DNA of 64,000 nucleotides from an uncultured bacterium (GTDB lineage: Bacteria; Acidobacteriota; HRBIN11; JAKEFK01), in contig CAVZQN010000004.1 of assembly GCA_963777505.1 (NCBI GenBank), positions 224,001 through 288,000 on the forward strand, written 5' to 3'. Below the pieces are notes generated by a model. The model was not told the DNA's origin. It did no database searches and saw only the letters and a program-made list of their open reading frames with translations. Numbering within the stretch: position 1 is the stretch's first letter; every line of letters starts with the position of its first letter. Shown here piece after piece: positions 32,898-42,458 of the stretch. The position numbers and the translations under genes are program-made.

Positions 32898-35157
32898 GAA
32901 TCCATCTACTTTGCGTAATACTTTGCGTTTTTGCGGTTTATTCTTGTCGTAAGGATCAACCACAAATACCCAAGGCAAAACCGTCTGTGATTCTGATTTC
33001 GATTGATACGCTGCGGGCCGACTACTTGAAGTTGTACAACGAGAAAGGGATTTCCACTCCGAATGTGGAACAGTTTGCGCGCGAAGGAATCATGTTTCGT
33101 AATGCTGTTGCGCAGGTTCCATACACTCTACCTTCACACGCCACTATGTTGACTGGAATGTATCCTGCAGCTCACCGTGTTAGAGACAATGTTAGAGATA
33201 TTTTGCCTTCAGCGATTCCTACGCTTGCCGAAATTTTCAAAAAGAACGGTTACGACACTGCAGGTTTTGCCGGATCAATGGTGCTTTCTCATCAAACTGG
33301 AATTGCACGCGGATTCGATTATTATGACGATTTTTTCAGCCGCGGGGATGTGCATGCTGAAGATCTCGGTGGAATCGAACGAAAGGCAGAAGAAGTTGTG
33401 CAATCCTTTGAATATTGGATTGATAACCGGCAATCTCAATCTCCCTTTTTTGCATTCATCCATTTCTATGATCCGCACAGTCCTTACAATCCTCCTCCAG
33501 GCTATTCCACATCAAACAAACTTGAGGATTCATATGCGGGCGAAATCAAATATGTAGACTTTGCACTAGGTAAACTGTTTGGCAAATTGAAACAGAAAAC
33601 TGTTTGGAACAACGCGATTGTGTTAATCACTTCAGATCACGGTGAAATGTTGAATGAACATGGCGAACTCGGACATGGATTCTTTTTGTATGAACCTGCA
33701 CTGGCTGTTCCACTTTTGCTGCGCAGTTCTAGCCTGGCTGCTGGTTCATCTGTAGTAGATGTTGTTGAGATCGCTGACCTTTCCCCTACATTGCTGGATC
33801 TGGCAGGAATTCAAATTCCCACTCAAATGCAAGGAGAATCTTTGGTTTCTACTTTCAAAAGAAGGTCGAAAGAAAAAAAATCGTGCAGCGTATGCGGAAT
33901 CTTATTTCGCTTCCTTACAATTTGGGATCAGCCCAATAAAAATGGTTCAAGATGGTGGCCTTAAATATATTGATGCCCCATATCCGGAACTATACGATCT
34001 TGCGTCCGATCCAGGCGAAAGCGCAAATCTTGCTGAAACTCGAAAGAGTGAGGTTCAAAAGTTTCGAACACGACTAATTCAATTTGAAAAAGCAAACGCA
34101 CGTGACTATTCAAAAGAACAAAGAACTGTGACAGCAGAGGAAGCCGAACAATTTGCTGCGATCGGTTATTTAGGTGGTCAAATTCCGGAGAGTAAGTGGG
34201 ACTTTAAAAAAAGATCCAAAGGATTTTATAGATGAATGGGCGTTAAGCCTTGAAGCGACCGCATTGGTGAATCAGAAACAGTATGAAAAAGCATTAGAAA
34301 TGATCAATCAGATTACAAGTAATGCAACAATGCCCTCTTCCTCATTGTTGCTGCTCCAGTCAAAATGTTATGCAGGTCTTGGCAATTTTTCGAAAGCTGA
34401 GCAAATTCTAAAACCCATTTCCGATACACCTGAAGCTTTGACAGCTCTTGCACAGGTTTATGCGTCTTCCGGAAACAAATCACGAGCCGAACAGTTGTAT
34501 TCAAAGGCCCTTGAAAAACAATTCTCATACTTTACGCTTTTTAACTATGTGTTGTTATTGCAAGAATCGGGACAAAAAGAAAAAGCATTCAGTTATTTGG
34601 AAAATGTCCGGAATTCCAGAAAAGATGCCGAACGCTCGAATCCTTTTTTTGCAGAAATGTACATCGCGTTGCAGAATTGGCCGGCCGCAGAATCCACGCT
34701 GCTTCAGCTTTTGGAAAAGCGGCCGTGGGAATCGAAATGGTACAGCGATCTGGCCATGGCTTATCAGGCTCAGGGTAAAATTCAAAATGCCTTTGATTTA
34801 CTTTCTGTGAATCAGGATCGCTTTAAAGACAATGCGGACTATCAGTTACGATTGGGAGTCGTTCTTAATAAAATGGGGGATAAAGCAAAGGAAATTGCAC
34901 TTTTTCAGGATTTTGTGCGAAAATGGCCGGCCGATTCTCGAGGCTACTTTTATTTAGCGAAAGCACTGTTAGATGTGAATCAGGACCCGGCTGCGATTGC
35001 TGGCCTGGTACAAAAGGGACTGGAATTAGAGCCCAGTGCGGATATGAAAATTTTTGGTTACTTTTTACTTGGGAACGCATTTGAACGCCTCGGCAAAACC
35101 CGCGAGGCACAACAGGCGTTTGCGTTTGCGGAACGACTGGAAAAAGGAACTCAATGA
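32894..35157 (+). CDS. Lipoprotein sulfatase-like + TPR, paralog 4; frameshifts near 33860 and 34205
   Basis: Lipobox VYSC; IDTLRAD, TLPSH, DPHSPY, TSDHGE and EQFAAIGY; TPR tail in 34174-35157. Confidence 0.75.
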
Positions 35158-35160
35158 ATG

Positions 35161-35208
35161 TTTGTAGTAAGGCACACAGTCGAGCGAATGCGAGACAGTG
35201 CCGTTAAA
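35161..35208. repeat. REP-like element of the GTAGTAAGGCAC family
   Basis: Near-identical to 50840-50887 and the inverted copy at 50929-50970. Confidence 0.7.
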
Positions 35209-35214
35209 TGAATC

Positions 35215-37509
35215 ATGGCGAAAAAAAAGAAACATAAATCAAAACCGGTCCAGCAAACGACGCCATCAACTCCCGCACAGGTAGATTCTGATCGTGGTAA
35301 TAGATGGAAGTTACTGATTCCAATCCTGCTGATTGCAATAATCGCTGCTGGATTTTTCTTTCGTTATAAAGAAAAGTTGTTTTCCAAACTTGGCTCTCCC
35401 GGGACATACAAAGACTACAACATTTTACTGATTACACTCGATACACTTCGTGCCGATCGCCTTCCAGCTTATGGATATGATGGCGTTAAGACGCCTCATT
35501 TAGATAGTCTTACAAAAGAGAGCTACGTGTTTGAAGATGCAGTTTCCCATGTTCCACTCACGTTGCCATCGCATACATCGATGCTTACAGGTAGACTTCC
35601 TATTGGTCATGGTGTTCGGGATAATGCAGGATTTTTGTTGGATCCTGAGGAGCTGACATTCACTGAAATTTTAAAAGATCAAGGTTATGCAACAAGCGCA
35701 TTTGTTTCATCGTTCGTGCTGGATTCAAGATGGCAGTTGAATCAGGGATTTGATATGTACTACGACAATTTCAACCTGGCGCAGTTTCAAGATGTAAATC
35801 CCGGCGACATTCAACGCAAAGCCGAAGAAACTGAAATAGAAGCATCTCACTGGCTGGAAGAAAACAAAAATCGCAAATTTTTTTCATGGGTGCACTATTA
35901 CGATCCACATGAGCCATATGATCCGCCCGAACCATACAAAAGTCAGTATCCCAACAATGCGTATAACGGAGAGATCGCATATACAGATGAGTATGTAGGA
36001 AAGCTTCTGGATAAACTCAAAGAGCTTCAACTTGATGAAAAGACAATCATTATTGTTGCGGGCGATCACGGTGAAGGACTCGGCCAGCACAATGAAGCGA
36101 CCCACGCAATGTTTATTTACAACACGACTCAACATGTGCCTTTTTTTATTCATGTTCCTGATGGCGGTGCATCGCGCGTCAAGGGTGTCGTTCGTCTCAT
36201 CGATATGATGCCTACTTTACTGGAATTGCTAGGCATGCCAGTTCCAAAATCAGTTCAAGGCAAAAGTTTGATTCCGATGATGCAAGGTAAGGAAGACTTA
36301 AAACGAACCGCCTATAGCGAAAGTGTTTATGCTGAACTTCATTATGGATGGAGTCCGCTCGAAAGTATTACCACGCATCAGTATAAATACATTCAAGCGC
36401 CGGATTCTGAACTTTACGACCGGCTAAGCGATCCAGGCGAAACGAAAAACCTGATTAAAGAAAAATCATCCATTGCGAAAGTTCTTAAGGACCAGCTTCA
36501 AGAGATTCTTACTTCAAATTCGCGCAAGAATTTATCGGGTCCAGTGAAAATGGATCCTGATACTGAAGAAAAACTGAGAGCACTCGGTTATATAGGTGGG
36601 ACTGCTGTTGCGACTGCTGAAAGCAGGAAAATTGATCCAAAAAGTAAGATTCATTTAGCTCGCGCAATATCTGAGTCTTTTGCAGCCCTTCGTGCAAAAA
36701 ACTTCAAACATTCACTTGAAAGGATTATTCCTGTTCTTGAAGAAGATCCAAGCATGATTGATGCTCATTTTTGCGCAGGAGTAACCTATATCGGAATGAA
36801 CCAATTGGACAAAGCGATTGATGAACTCTTAAAAACAATTGCGCTTCGTCCCGATCATACAATGGCTATTTACAACACTGGTTACGCTTACGAATTAAAA
36901 CAAGATTTAAAGACCGCAAAAGAATGGTATGAGAAAGTATTAAATTACGAACAAAAGCATTTATTCGCGACTCTGAAACTCGCAAATATCTATCGAATGT
37001 TAGAACAACCCGAGAAAGCGCGGCCTTTTTATTTACAAGCTGTTCAGTCGTATGAGGAAGCATTACAAGCAACAAAAGGTGAAAAATCCAGAGGTGCACT
37101 TTTTACAACTCTGGGAGAAATGAATTTTGGAGCAGGGGATATTATTTCAGCGGAACGGAATTTTAAAGAGGCGATTCAACTGACACCTGATGCTCCTGAT
37201 TTGTATTACAATCTCGCCCAGATCTATGAAGTGAAAGGGGAAGTGCCGTACGCAGTTGATGCATATAAAAAGGAAATTGAAGTAGCTCCTACGAATCTAA
37301 AAGCTTTTAACAATCTTGGACTTATTTACAGAAATACAAACCGCCTGAATGAGGCGGTAGTTTGTTTTCAAAAAGTTGTAGAACTCAATCCCGCAGAGCC
37401 CCGAGGTTATATTCTGCTGGCTTCCACGTATCAACGCCTAGGCAGAAATTCAGAGGCTGGAAAAATTATTCAGGACGCGCGTGAACGGGGTATCCAGGTC
37501 AATCGCTAG
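35215..37509 (+). CDS. Membrane-anchored sulfatase-like + TPR, paralog 5 (intact)
   Basis: LDTLRAD, TLPSH, HYYDPHEPY, AGDHGE, EKLRALGY and TPRs. Confidence 0.88.
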   Translation: MAKKKKHKSKPVQQTTPSTPAQVDSDRGNRWKLLIPILLIAIIAAGFFFRYKEKLFSKLGSPGTYKDYNILLITLDTLRADRLPAYGYDGVKTPHLDSLTKESYVFEDAVSHVPLTLPSHTSMLTGRLPIGHGVRDNAGFLLDPEELTFTEILKDQGYATSAFVSSFVLDSRWQLNQGFDMYYDNFNLAQFQDVNPGDIQRKAEETEIEASHWLEENKNRKFFSWVHYYDPHEPYDPPEPYKSQYPNNAYNGEIAYTDEYVGKLLDKLKELQLDEKTIIIVAGDHGEGLGQHNEATHAMFIYNTTQHVPFFIHVPDGGASRVKGVVRLIDMMPTLLELLGMPVPKSVQGKSLIPMMQGKEDLKRTAYSESVYAELHYGWSPLESITTHQYKYIQAPDSELYDRLSDPGETKNLIKEKSSIAKVLKDQLQEILTSNSRKNLSGPVKMDPDTEEKLRALGYIGGTAVATAESRKIDPKSKIHLARAISESFAALRAKNFKHSLERIIPVLEEDPSMIDAHFCAGVTYIGMNQLDKAIDELLKTIALRPDHTMAIYNTGYAYELKQDLKTAKEWYEKVLNYEQKHLFATLKLANIYRMLEQPEKARPFYLQAVQSYEEALQATKGEKSRGALFTTLGEMNFGAGDIISAERNFKEAIQLTPDAPDLYYNLAQIYEVKGEVPYAVDAYKKEIEVAPTNLKAFNNLGLIYRNTNRLNEAVVCFQKVVELNPAEPRGYILLASTYQRLGRNSEAGKIIQDARERGIQVNR

Positions 37510-37518
37510 AGGTTAATT

Positions 37519-39642
37519 ATGAAACGCATTTTATCTATTTTTTCTATTTTTGTTCTTCTTCTCTTTCTTGTTCCTCTCATCGCACAAGAAGTGAAAAAGG
37601 ATGATCAGCAGTTGCAGCTACTTGAATCTCATCAGAAGTTTCTAGATGTCGCTCATTGGATTATTTCAGACTATGAGAAGACGGCCTTTTTTTCATTAAA
37701 GAGTAATGATGAACGCGAACGATTCATTGCGGCATTCTGGGAAAACAGGGATCCAACTCCCGGTACACAGAAGAATGAATTTAGGGAAGAACATCGCGCA
37801 CGTTTCGAATATGCAACAAAGCAATACGGTCGCGATACAGCACTACCTGGCTGGAACACGGACCGTGGCAAAGTGTACATCCTGTTAGGAAAACCCAGTT
37901 TCATTAAAAGGAATCCGGCACCTTTTGAACTGCACCCCAACGAGTTATGGCAATACGCCGGTTATAGAGGATTCGGACTCCCTAATTCAATGTATTTTGT
38001 ATTCTTCCAGGAAAATGGGGTAGGAACGTATAAGTTGTATTCGCCGCTTAATGACGGTATTCGAGAGCTTTTCGTTCAGCGAAGTGATGTCGTTAGTAAA
38101 ACAGAAGAAGAATTATTCGATAAGATTCAGCTTGAGATAGGAGATCCCGATCTTGCTCATGCAGCTTTCAGTTCAATTCCAACAGAAGGCGGAGATCCAA
38201 GTCAGTTCATCAATAGCGGAAGTATTTCCGCTGAGATGATTCAAGCAAAACTACAGAACGCCCGGAATTATGATTTGCCGAAACGGAAGTATGTTGAATC
38301 CTTCACCAAGGAGCTGCCCAATGTTACCGTTTATACTTCTTTGGATTCTGAAGGAGTCTATGAAGAGTTGTTTTGGTTTAGAGCATCAAATGGAAATTAT
38401 TACATTGATTATGCCATTGAGTTTGAGCCTGACAAGCTGGATATGGGTCAGTACATTGATGAATATTACACTTCGCTCAGTCTAGATGGTTCTATTTCAA
38501 CAACCGATCAGAAAGTGGAACTCGATGAGATTGTCGGAGCGCATGAAATTAAGTTGAAGCCGGATCAATTTGCGAAGATTCAGTCGATCCCATTTCAGTA
38601 TCAAGGAAGGCGTCCGATTGTGCCCGGCAAATATGCCATTACGTTGATTATGAATAACAATGTTTCGAGGCGAAGCATCACATTTTCACATAATGTCGAT
38701 ATTCCAGATATGTCTACTGTAACGTCGCCTGTATTTTCACCACTCATACCGGTGCGTTCAGCTGAAAATGTTCCAAATTCTGAAAAGCTGCGCCCATTTG
38801 AATTTGGCGACAAGATTTTTATACCCAATCTTCATTCACGGTTTTCTCAAAAAGGGAATGTTGCGTTCTATCATCAGGTAATTTTTCCGGATAGCTATTT
38901 GGGCGGGATCGGCTCACTGAGCTTACGCTACCTTGTCATGAATGGTGAAACCATAGAGAAGGAGTTTACTGAACCTCTGAATTTGAAATCCGACGATCTA
39001 GCTGGAAATGCAATTGATGTGGTCAAAGACGTTCCGGCGATCAATCTGTCATTCGGAGATAAGAAGCTTGTTGTGGAATTGCGCCAGGAAGACAAAGTGG
39101 TTGCTCGATCTCAGCCTGCGCCATTTTTGATTCAACCTGAAGCAGTTTCTGGAGTTTGGAAGTTTGCGGTTGCGATTCCTAACTTTGACTCTCCGTATCA
39201 CAGCTATACTCTTGCTCAGCAATATTTACGGCTCAATCGTCCTAAGGATGCCGTAGTCTTACTTGAAGAAGCTTTTCAACAGAATCCTGATTCGCCTGAA
39301 GTTAGAACACAATTAATGCGTGTTGCATTGAAAGGACGAGATTTTCAACGCGTCCTTGATCTTGGAACGCCCGTTGAAGTCAAAAATCCACGGAATACAG
39401 AAATGTTGTGGCTTCTTGGCTGGGCATATTATGGAATGCAAAAGTATGAAGATGCTGTGCGATTCTTTGAAAGATTAAGAATTGAAGAGCCGAAAAAAGT
39501 GGAAGTCTTTAATCTTCTTGCTGATATCTACTACAGGTTGGATCAAAGGGAAAAATCACTTGAACGGATCCAGCAATCATTAGCACTCAAACCAGATCAA
39601 AAAGATATTGTTGAACTGAAGAAAAAGGTTGAATCGAACTAA
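37519..39642 (+). CDS. Secreted GWxTD-domain protein with C-terminal TPRs
   Basis: FWENRDPTPGTQKNEF and GWNTDRGKVYILLGKP signatures. Confidence 0.9.
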   Translation: MKRILSIFSIFVLLLFLVPLIAQEVKKDDQQLQLLESHQKFLDVAHWIISDYEKTAFFSLKSNDERERFIAAFWENRDPTPGTQKNEFREEHRARFEYATKQYGRDTALPGWNTDRGKVYILLGKPSFIKRNPAPFELHPNELWQYAGYRGFGLPNSMYFVFFQENGVGTYKLYSPLNDGIRELFVQRSDVVSKTEEELFDKIQLEIGDPDLAHAAFSSIPTEGGDPSQFINSGSISAEMIQAKLQNARNYDLPKRKYVESFTKELPNVTVYTSLDSEGVYEELFWFRASNGNYYIDYAIEFEPDKLDMGQYIDEYYTSLSLDGSISTTDQKVELDEIVGAHEIKLKPDQFAKIQSIPFQYQGRRPIVPGKYAITLIMNNNVSRRSITFSHNVDIPDMSTVTSPVFSPLIPVRSAENVPNSEKLRPFEFGDKIFIPNLHSRFSQKGNVAFYHQVIFPDSYLGGIGSLSLRYLVMNGETIEKEFTEPLNLKSDDLAGNAIDVVKDVPAINLSFGDKKLVVELRQEDKVVARSQPAPFLIQPEAVSGVWKFAVAIPNFDSPYHSYTLAQQYLRLNRPKDAVVLLEEAFQQNPDSPEVRTQLMRVALKGRDFQRVLDLGTPVEVKNPRNTEMLWLLGWAYYGMQKYEDAVRFFERLRIEEPKKVEVFNLLADIYYRLDQREKSLERIQQSLALKPDQKDIVELKKKVESN

Positions 39643-39691
39643 GGAGCGCAGGCTCCGGAGCGCGGGCAAGGGAGCCTGCGCCCGACGCTCC
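39643..39691. repeat. GGAGCGC-type REP-like palindromes between convergent genes
   Basis: GCGCAGGCTCC...GGAGCCTGCGC stem; same family as 43139 and 57874. Confidence 0.6.
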
Positions 39692-39699
39692 GATAACTC

Positions 39700-40158
39700 T
39701 CAATGCGAATGGTCGTGGTCTTCCATCTTTTCTGCGATGTGATCACGCAATAACTTTTTCTGTTCCGGTGTTAAGTCGTTATAGAACTCATCAATTCGGC
39801 CAACGAATTGATGGGCAAGTTGAGCGTATGAATCGATCTGTTGATCGATTATCGGTCTAAGCTTGCTAAATTCGGGATTCTCTTTTGCAAGTTCATCCTT
39901 CACGATCTGGTGGATTTCTTCGTGTTTGTCTTTGCGTTGATCCATCACTGCTTCGATGTCAGTTTTGAAAGTATCGAGTTTAGCCCTTTGACTTTCGTTT
40001 AGATTCAACTCTTTGGTGAGTTTTTCCATCCGGTATTCCAAAAATTCTTTGGCCATACCATGGCGGTGTCCTCTAAAACCGAATGACTGAGCTACATCAG
40101 TCGTAAGAAATAACGCGGCGATTCCTGCGGGAATCAGTAACAACCATAATTTCTTCAT
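39700..40158 (-). CDS. Spy/CpxP family periplasmic protein
   Basis: Signal peptide; LNLNESQ and LTPEQK (LTxxQ) motifs; divergent from the two-component pair. Confidence 0.8.
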   Translation of the reverse strand: MKKLWLLLIPAGIAALFLTTDVAQSFGFRGHRHGMAKEFLEYRMEKLTKELNLNESQRAKLDTFKTDIEAVMDQRKDKHEEIHQIVKDELAKENPEFSKLRPIIDQQIDSYAQLAHQFVGRIDEFYNDLTPEQKKLLRDHIAEKMEDHDHSH

Positions 40159-40222
40159 TTTCAAAAGCCTCCTAGTTTTTGTGACTTCATCAATACAGTA
40201 CGATGCTATCTTTGCCTGTCCT

Positions 40223-40247
40223 TTAAGGATTTGTTAAGAAATGTAAA
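40223..40247. promoter_or_regulatory. Putative OmpR/CpxR-family direct-repeat operator
   Basis: GTTAA-N5-GTAAA resembles the CpxR box GTAAA-N5-GTAAA, with an extra TTAAG upstream, in the divergent intergenic region. Confidence 0.45.
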
Positions 40248-40308
40248 TGCGCTGGGGTACGGACGTGGCGAGGATCTATAATTGCTCATTAACCACAAAG
40301 AAACAAAG

Positions 40309-41004
40309 ATGAGCATACCGATACTCCTAATTGATGATGACAAGAAGCTTTCGGATTTATTAAAGAAGTACATGGAAGGGCATGGCTACAGCCTTGTTGT
40401 GGGAAATAATGCGCATGATGGATTAAGATTTTTGAGAGGACAGGAATTTGAGGCTGTGTTGCTCGACATTATGCTTCCTGATGGTGATGGACTTGAGGTT
40501 TGCAAAAAAATCCGCAATGAATCTTCAATTCCAATTTTGATGCTAACTGCGCGCGGTGCCGATGAAGACAAGATTATCGGACTCGAACTTGGCGCAGATG
40601 ATTACATAGCGAAGCCGTTTAACCCGAGGGAACTTGTTGCGCGCTTGAAAGCAGTACTTCGTAGAAAAGGCGCAACAAAATGGGAAGGTGATTCAGGACT
40701 GATTGAATATCCTGATTTCCAACTGAATCCTTCCAATCAAACCTTAATCGTTCGAAAGAATGAGATTGAATTGACATCAGCCGAGTTCAGACTCCTTAAA
40801 GTACTTTGTTCAAATCCTGGAAGAGTTTTTACAAGAGAACGATTGATGGACCTTGTTCAAAATCGTGATTTTGATGGGATCGATCGTTCTATCGACGTTC
40901 ATATATCCAGACTGAGAAACAAAATTGAGCAAGATCCGAAAAAGCCACGATGGATCAAAACCGTTTGGGGTTCAGGATATCGGTTTGAACCTCCGACTTC
41001 ATAA
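40309..41004 (+). CDS. OmpR/CpxR-family response regulator
   Basis: IDDD, LDIMLP, LTARG, KPFNPREL, RSIDVHISRLR and KTVWGSGY. Confidence 0.93.
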   Translation: MSIPILLIDDDKKLSDLLKKYMEGHGYSLVVGNNAHDGLRFLRGQEFEAVLLDIMLPDGDGLEVCKKIRNESSIPILMLTARGADEDKIIGLELGADDYIAKPFNPRELVARLKAVLRRKGATKWEGDSGLIEYPDFQLNPSNQTLIVRKNEIELTSAEFRLLKVLCSNPGRVFTRERLMDLVQNRDFDGIDRSIDVHISRLRNKIEQDPKKPRWIKTVWGSGYRFEPPTS

Positions 41005-41010
41005 GAAATT

Positions 41011-42384
41011 ATGTTTGGCCGCATCTACTTAAAAATATATTTATCGTTTCTAGTCATCTTTCTGATCACGATGATTATTGTGATCATGCTATCCGCTCAT
41101 TTTTATTCGAGAGATTTTAAGAATGAGTTGCATGGAATTTTTCTCTCGCATGCCCGCTTTCTTGCCGATCAGTATGGTAGAGATTGTGGAAGTTCAAACA
41201 CAGTCTCTTCGGATTCATGTCACAAGTTTTTTGTGAATCTTGAAAAACTGGAAGGCTTGAGACTGTGGGTTGTAGATCCTAAAGGCGATCTCATTTTAAC
41301 ACCGGAGAAACGTAAGGTTCAGATCGCACCCGAAGAAATGACACGTGCAGTTCAAGATGGCGATGTGCTTTTGCACCGGCGGCGAGCCCCAGCACGAATT
41401 ATTGTGCAAGTACCGAATCTCGATCCATCACAGCAGCGGTTTCTTGTTTTAGAAACATCTTTTTCTGGAAGACGTCATTTTCCCCGTTTCCCATTTGTTA
41501 CCTCGATGATCCTTGCTGGAGGCATTATTGCTTTGTTGATTCTTCCGCTATCGCTTCGAATTACGAGACCACTCAGACAACTTCACAGTCTTGCGCGCGA
41601 GTGGGCAGAAGGTCGTTTAGATCGCAGGGCGAAAATTCGCGGCAAAGATGAAATTGCACAATTAGGTTCTGTATTTAACAGCATGGCGGAGAATTTACAA
41701 AAAACACTCGAGCAACGTAAAGAATTTCTTGCGCTCATTTCACACGAACTGAAAAGTCCTCTTGCAAGAATGCGCATAGCCCTGGAATTGATCGCTGAAA
41801 AAAATGAAGATAAAACTGAAACGATTGAGATTATTGACGGGATCAAAGGTGAAATAACTGAGAGCGAAAAATTGATTGAGCAACTCCTGGTTCTTTCACG
41901 CGTCGAAATGACTCTGCCGTCATCGATTCGGGAGCCTTTCGATGCGACTGCAGTTGCCAGACAGGCAGCCGATCAAGTATTGCCGTTAGCGCAAGCCGCA
42001 CATATCAAGATTGATGTAAACGCGTCGCAAGTTGCGCCGATTCGTGGAGATTCCACACAAATTCTTAGAGCTCTCGTTAATGTACTGGAAAATGCGATCA
42101 AGTTCTCAACGGAAGGATCCACAGTTTCATTAAAAGTTGAACAACGGCAGAATGGGATCGAAGTTTCTGTTGCAGATTCTGGCACAGGAATTCCGGCAGA
42201 TGAACGCGAAAAAATCTTCGAACCATTTTATCGAGGCACTCACAACGGCGATAAAGAAGGATCAGGGCTGGGATTGTACATAGCGCGCAAAATTGTTGAA
42301 CTTCATGGCGGCACAATCCGTGCTGAATCAAACGGAACTGCAGGTACAATCATTCGCATTAACCTGCCGGCTAGACTTGATTGA
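41011..42384 (+). CDS. HAMP-domain sensor histidine kinase (CpxA-like)
   Basis: Two TM helices, HAMP, ISHELKSPL H-box, NVLENAIKF, DSGTGI and GSGLGL. Confidence 0.93.
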   Translation: MFGRIYLKIYLSFLVIFLITMIIVIMLSAHFYSRDFKNELHGIFLSHARFLADQYGRDCGSSNTVSSDSCHKFFVNLEKLEGLRLWVVDPKGDLILTPEKRKVQIAPEEMTRAVQDGDVLLHRRRAPARIIVQVPNLDPSQQRFLVLETSFSGRRHFPRFPFVTSMILAGGIIALLILPLSLRITRPLRQLHSLAREWAEGRLDRRAKIRGKDEIAQLGSVFNSMAENLQKTLEQRKEFLALISHELKSPLARMRIALELIAEKNEDKTETIEIIDGIKGEITESEKLIEQLLVLSRVEMTLPSSIREPFDATAVARQAADQVLPLAQAAHIKIDVNASQVAPIRGDSTQILRALVNVLENAIKFSTEGSTVSLKVEQRQNGIEVSVADSGTGIPADEREKIFEPFYRGTHNGDKEGSGLGLYIARKIVELHGGTIRAESNGTAGTIIRINLPARLD

Positions 42385-42388
42385 AGAG

Positions 42389-42458
42389 TTCAACACGAAG
42401 GCTCAAAGTCACTAAACATTAGATAGTGAACTTCGTGTCTTTGCGCCTTAGTGTTGAA
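42389..42458. terminator. Inverted-repeat hairpin between convergent genes (possible bidirectional terminator)
   Basis: TTCAACACGAAGGCTCAAAG / CTTTGCGCCTTAGTGTTGAA. Confidence 0.5.

Noticed and set aside
33855-34215. Programmed frameshifting or phase variation at A-runs
   Set aside because: Most other breaks are not in homopolymers and paralogs are intact at equivalent positions. Sequencing error is the simpler explanation.
15745-40287. Identical 15-mer GATCTATAATTGCTC at 15745 and 40273
   Set aside because: A few 15-mer matches are expected by chance in 64 kb, and the core is a generic TATAAT, so it is not evidence of co-regulation.
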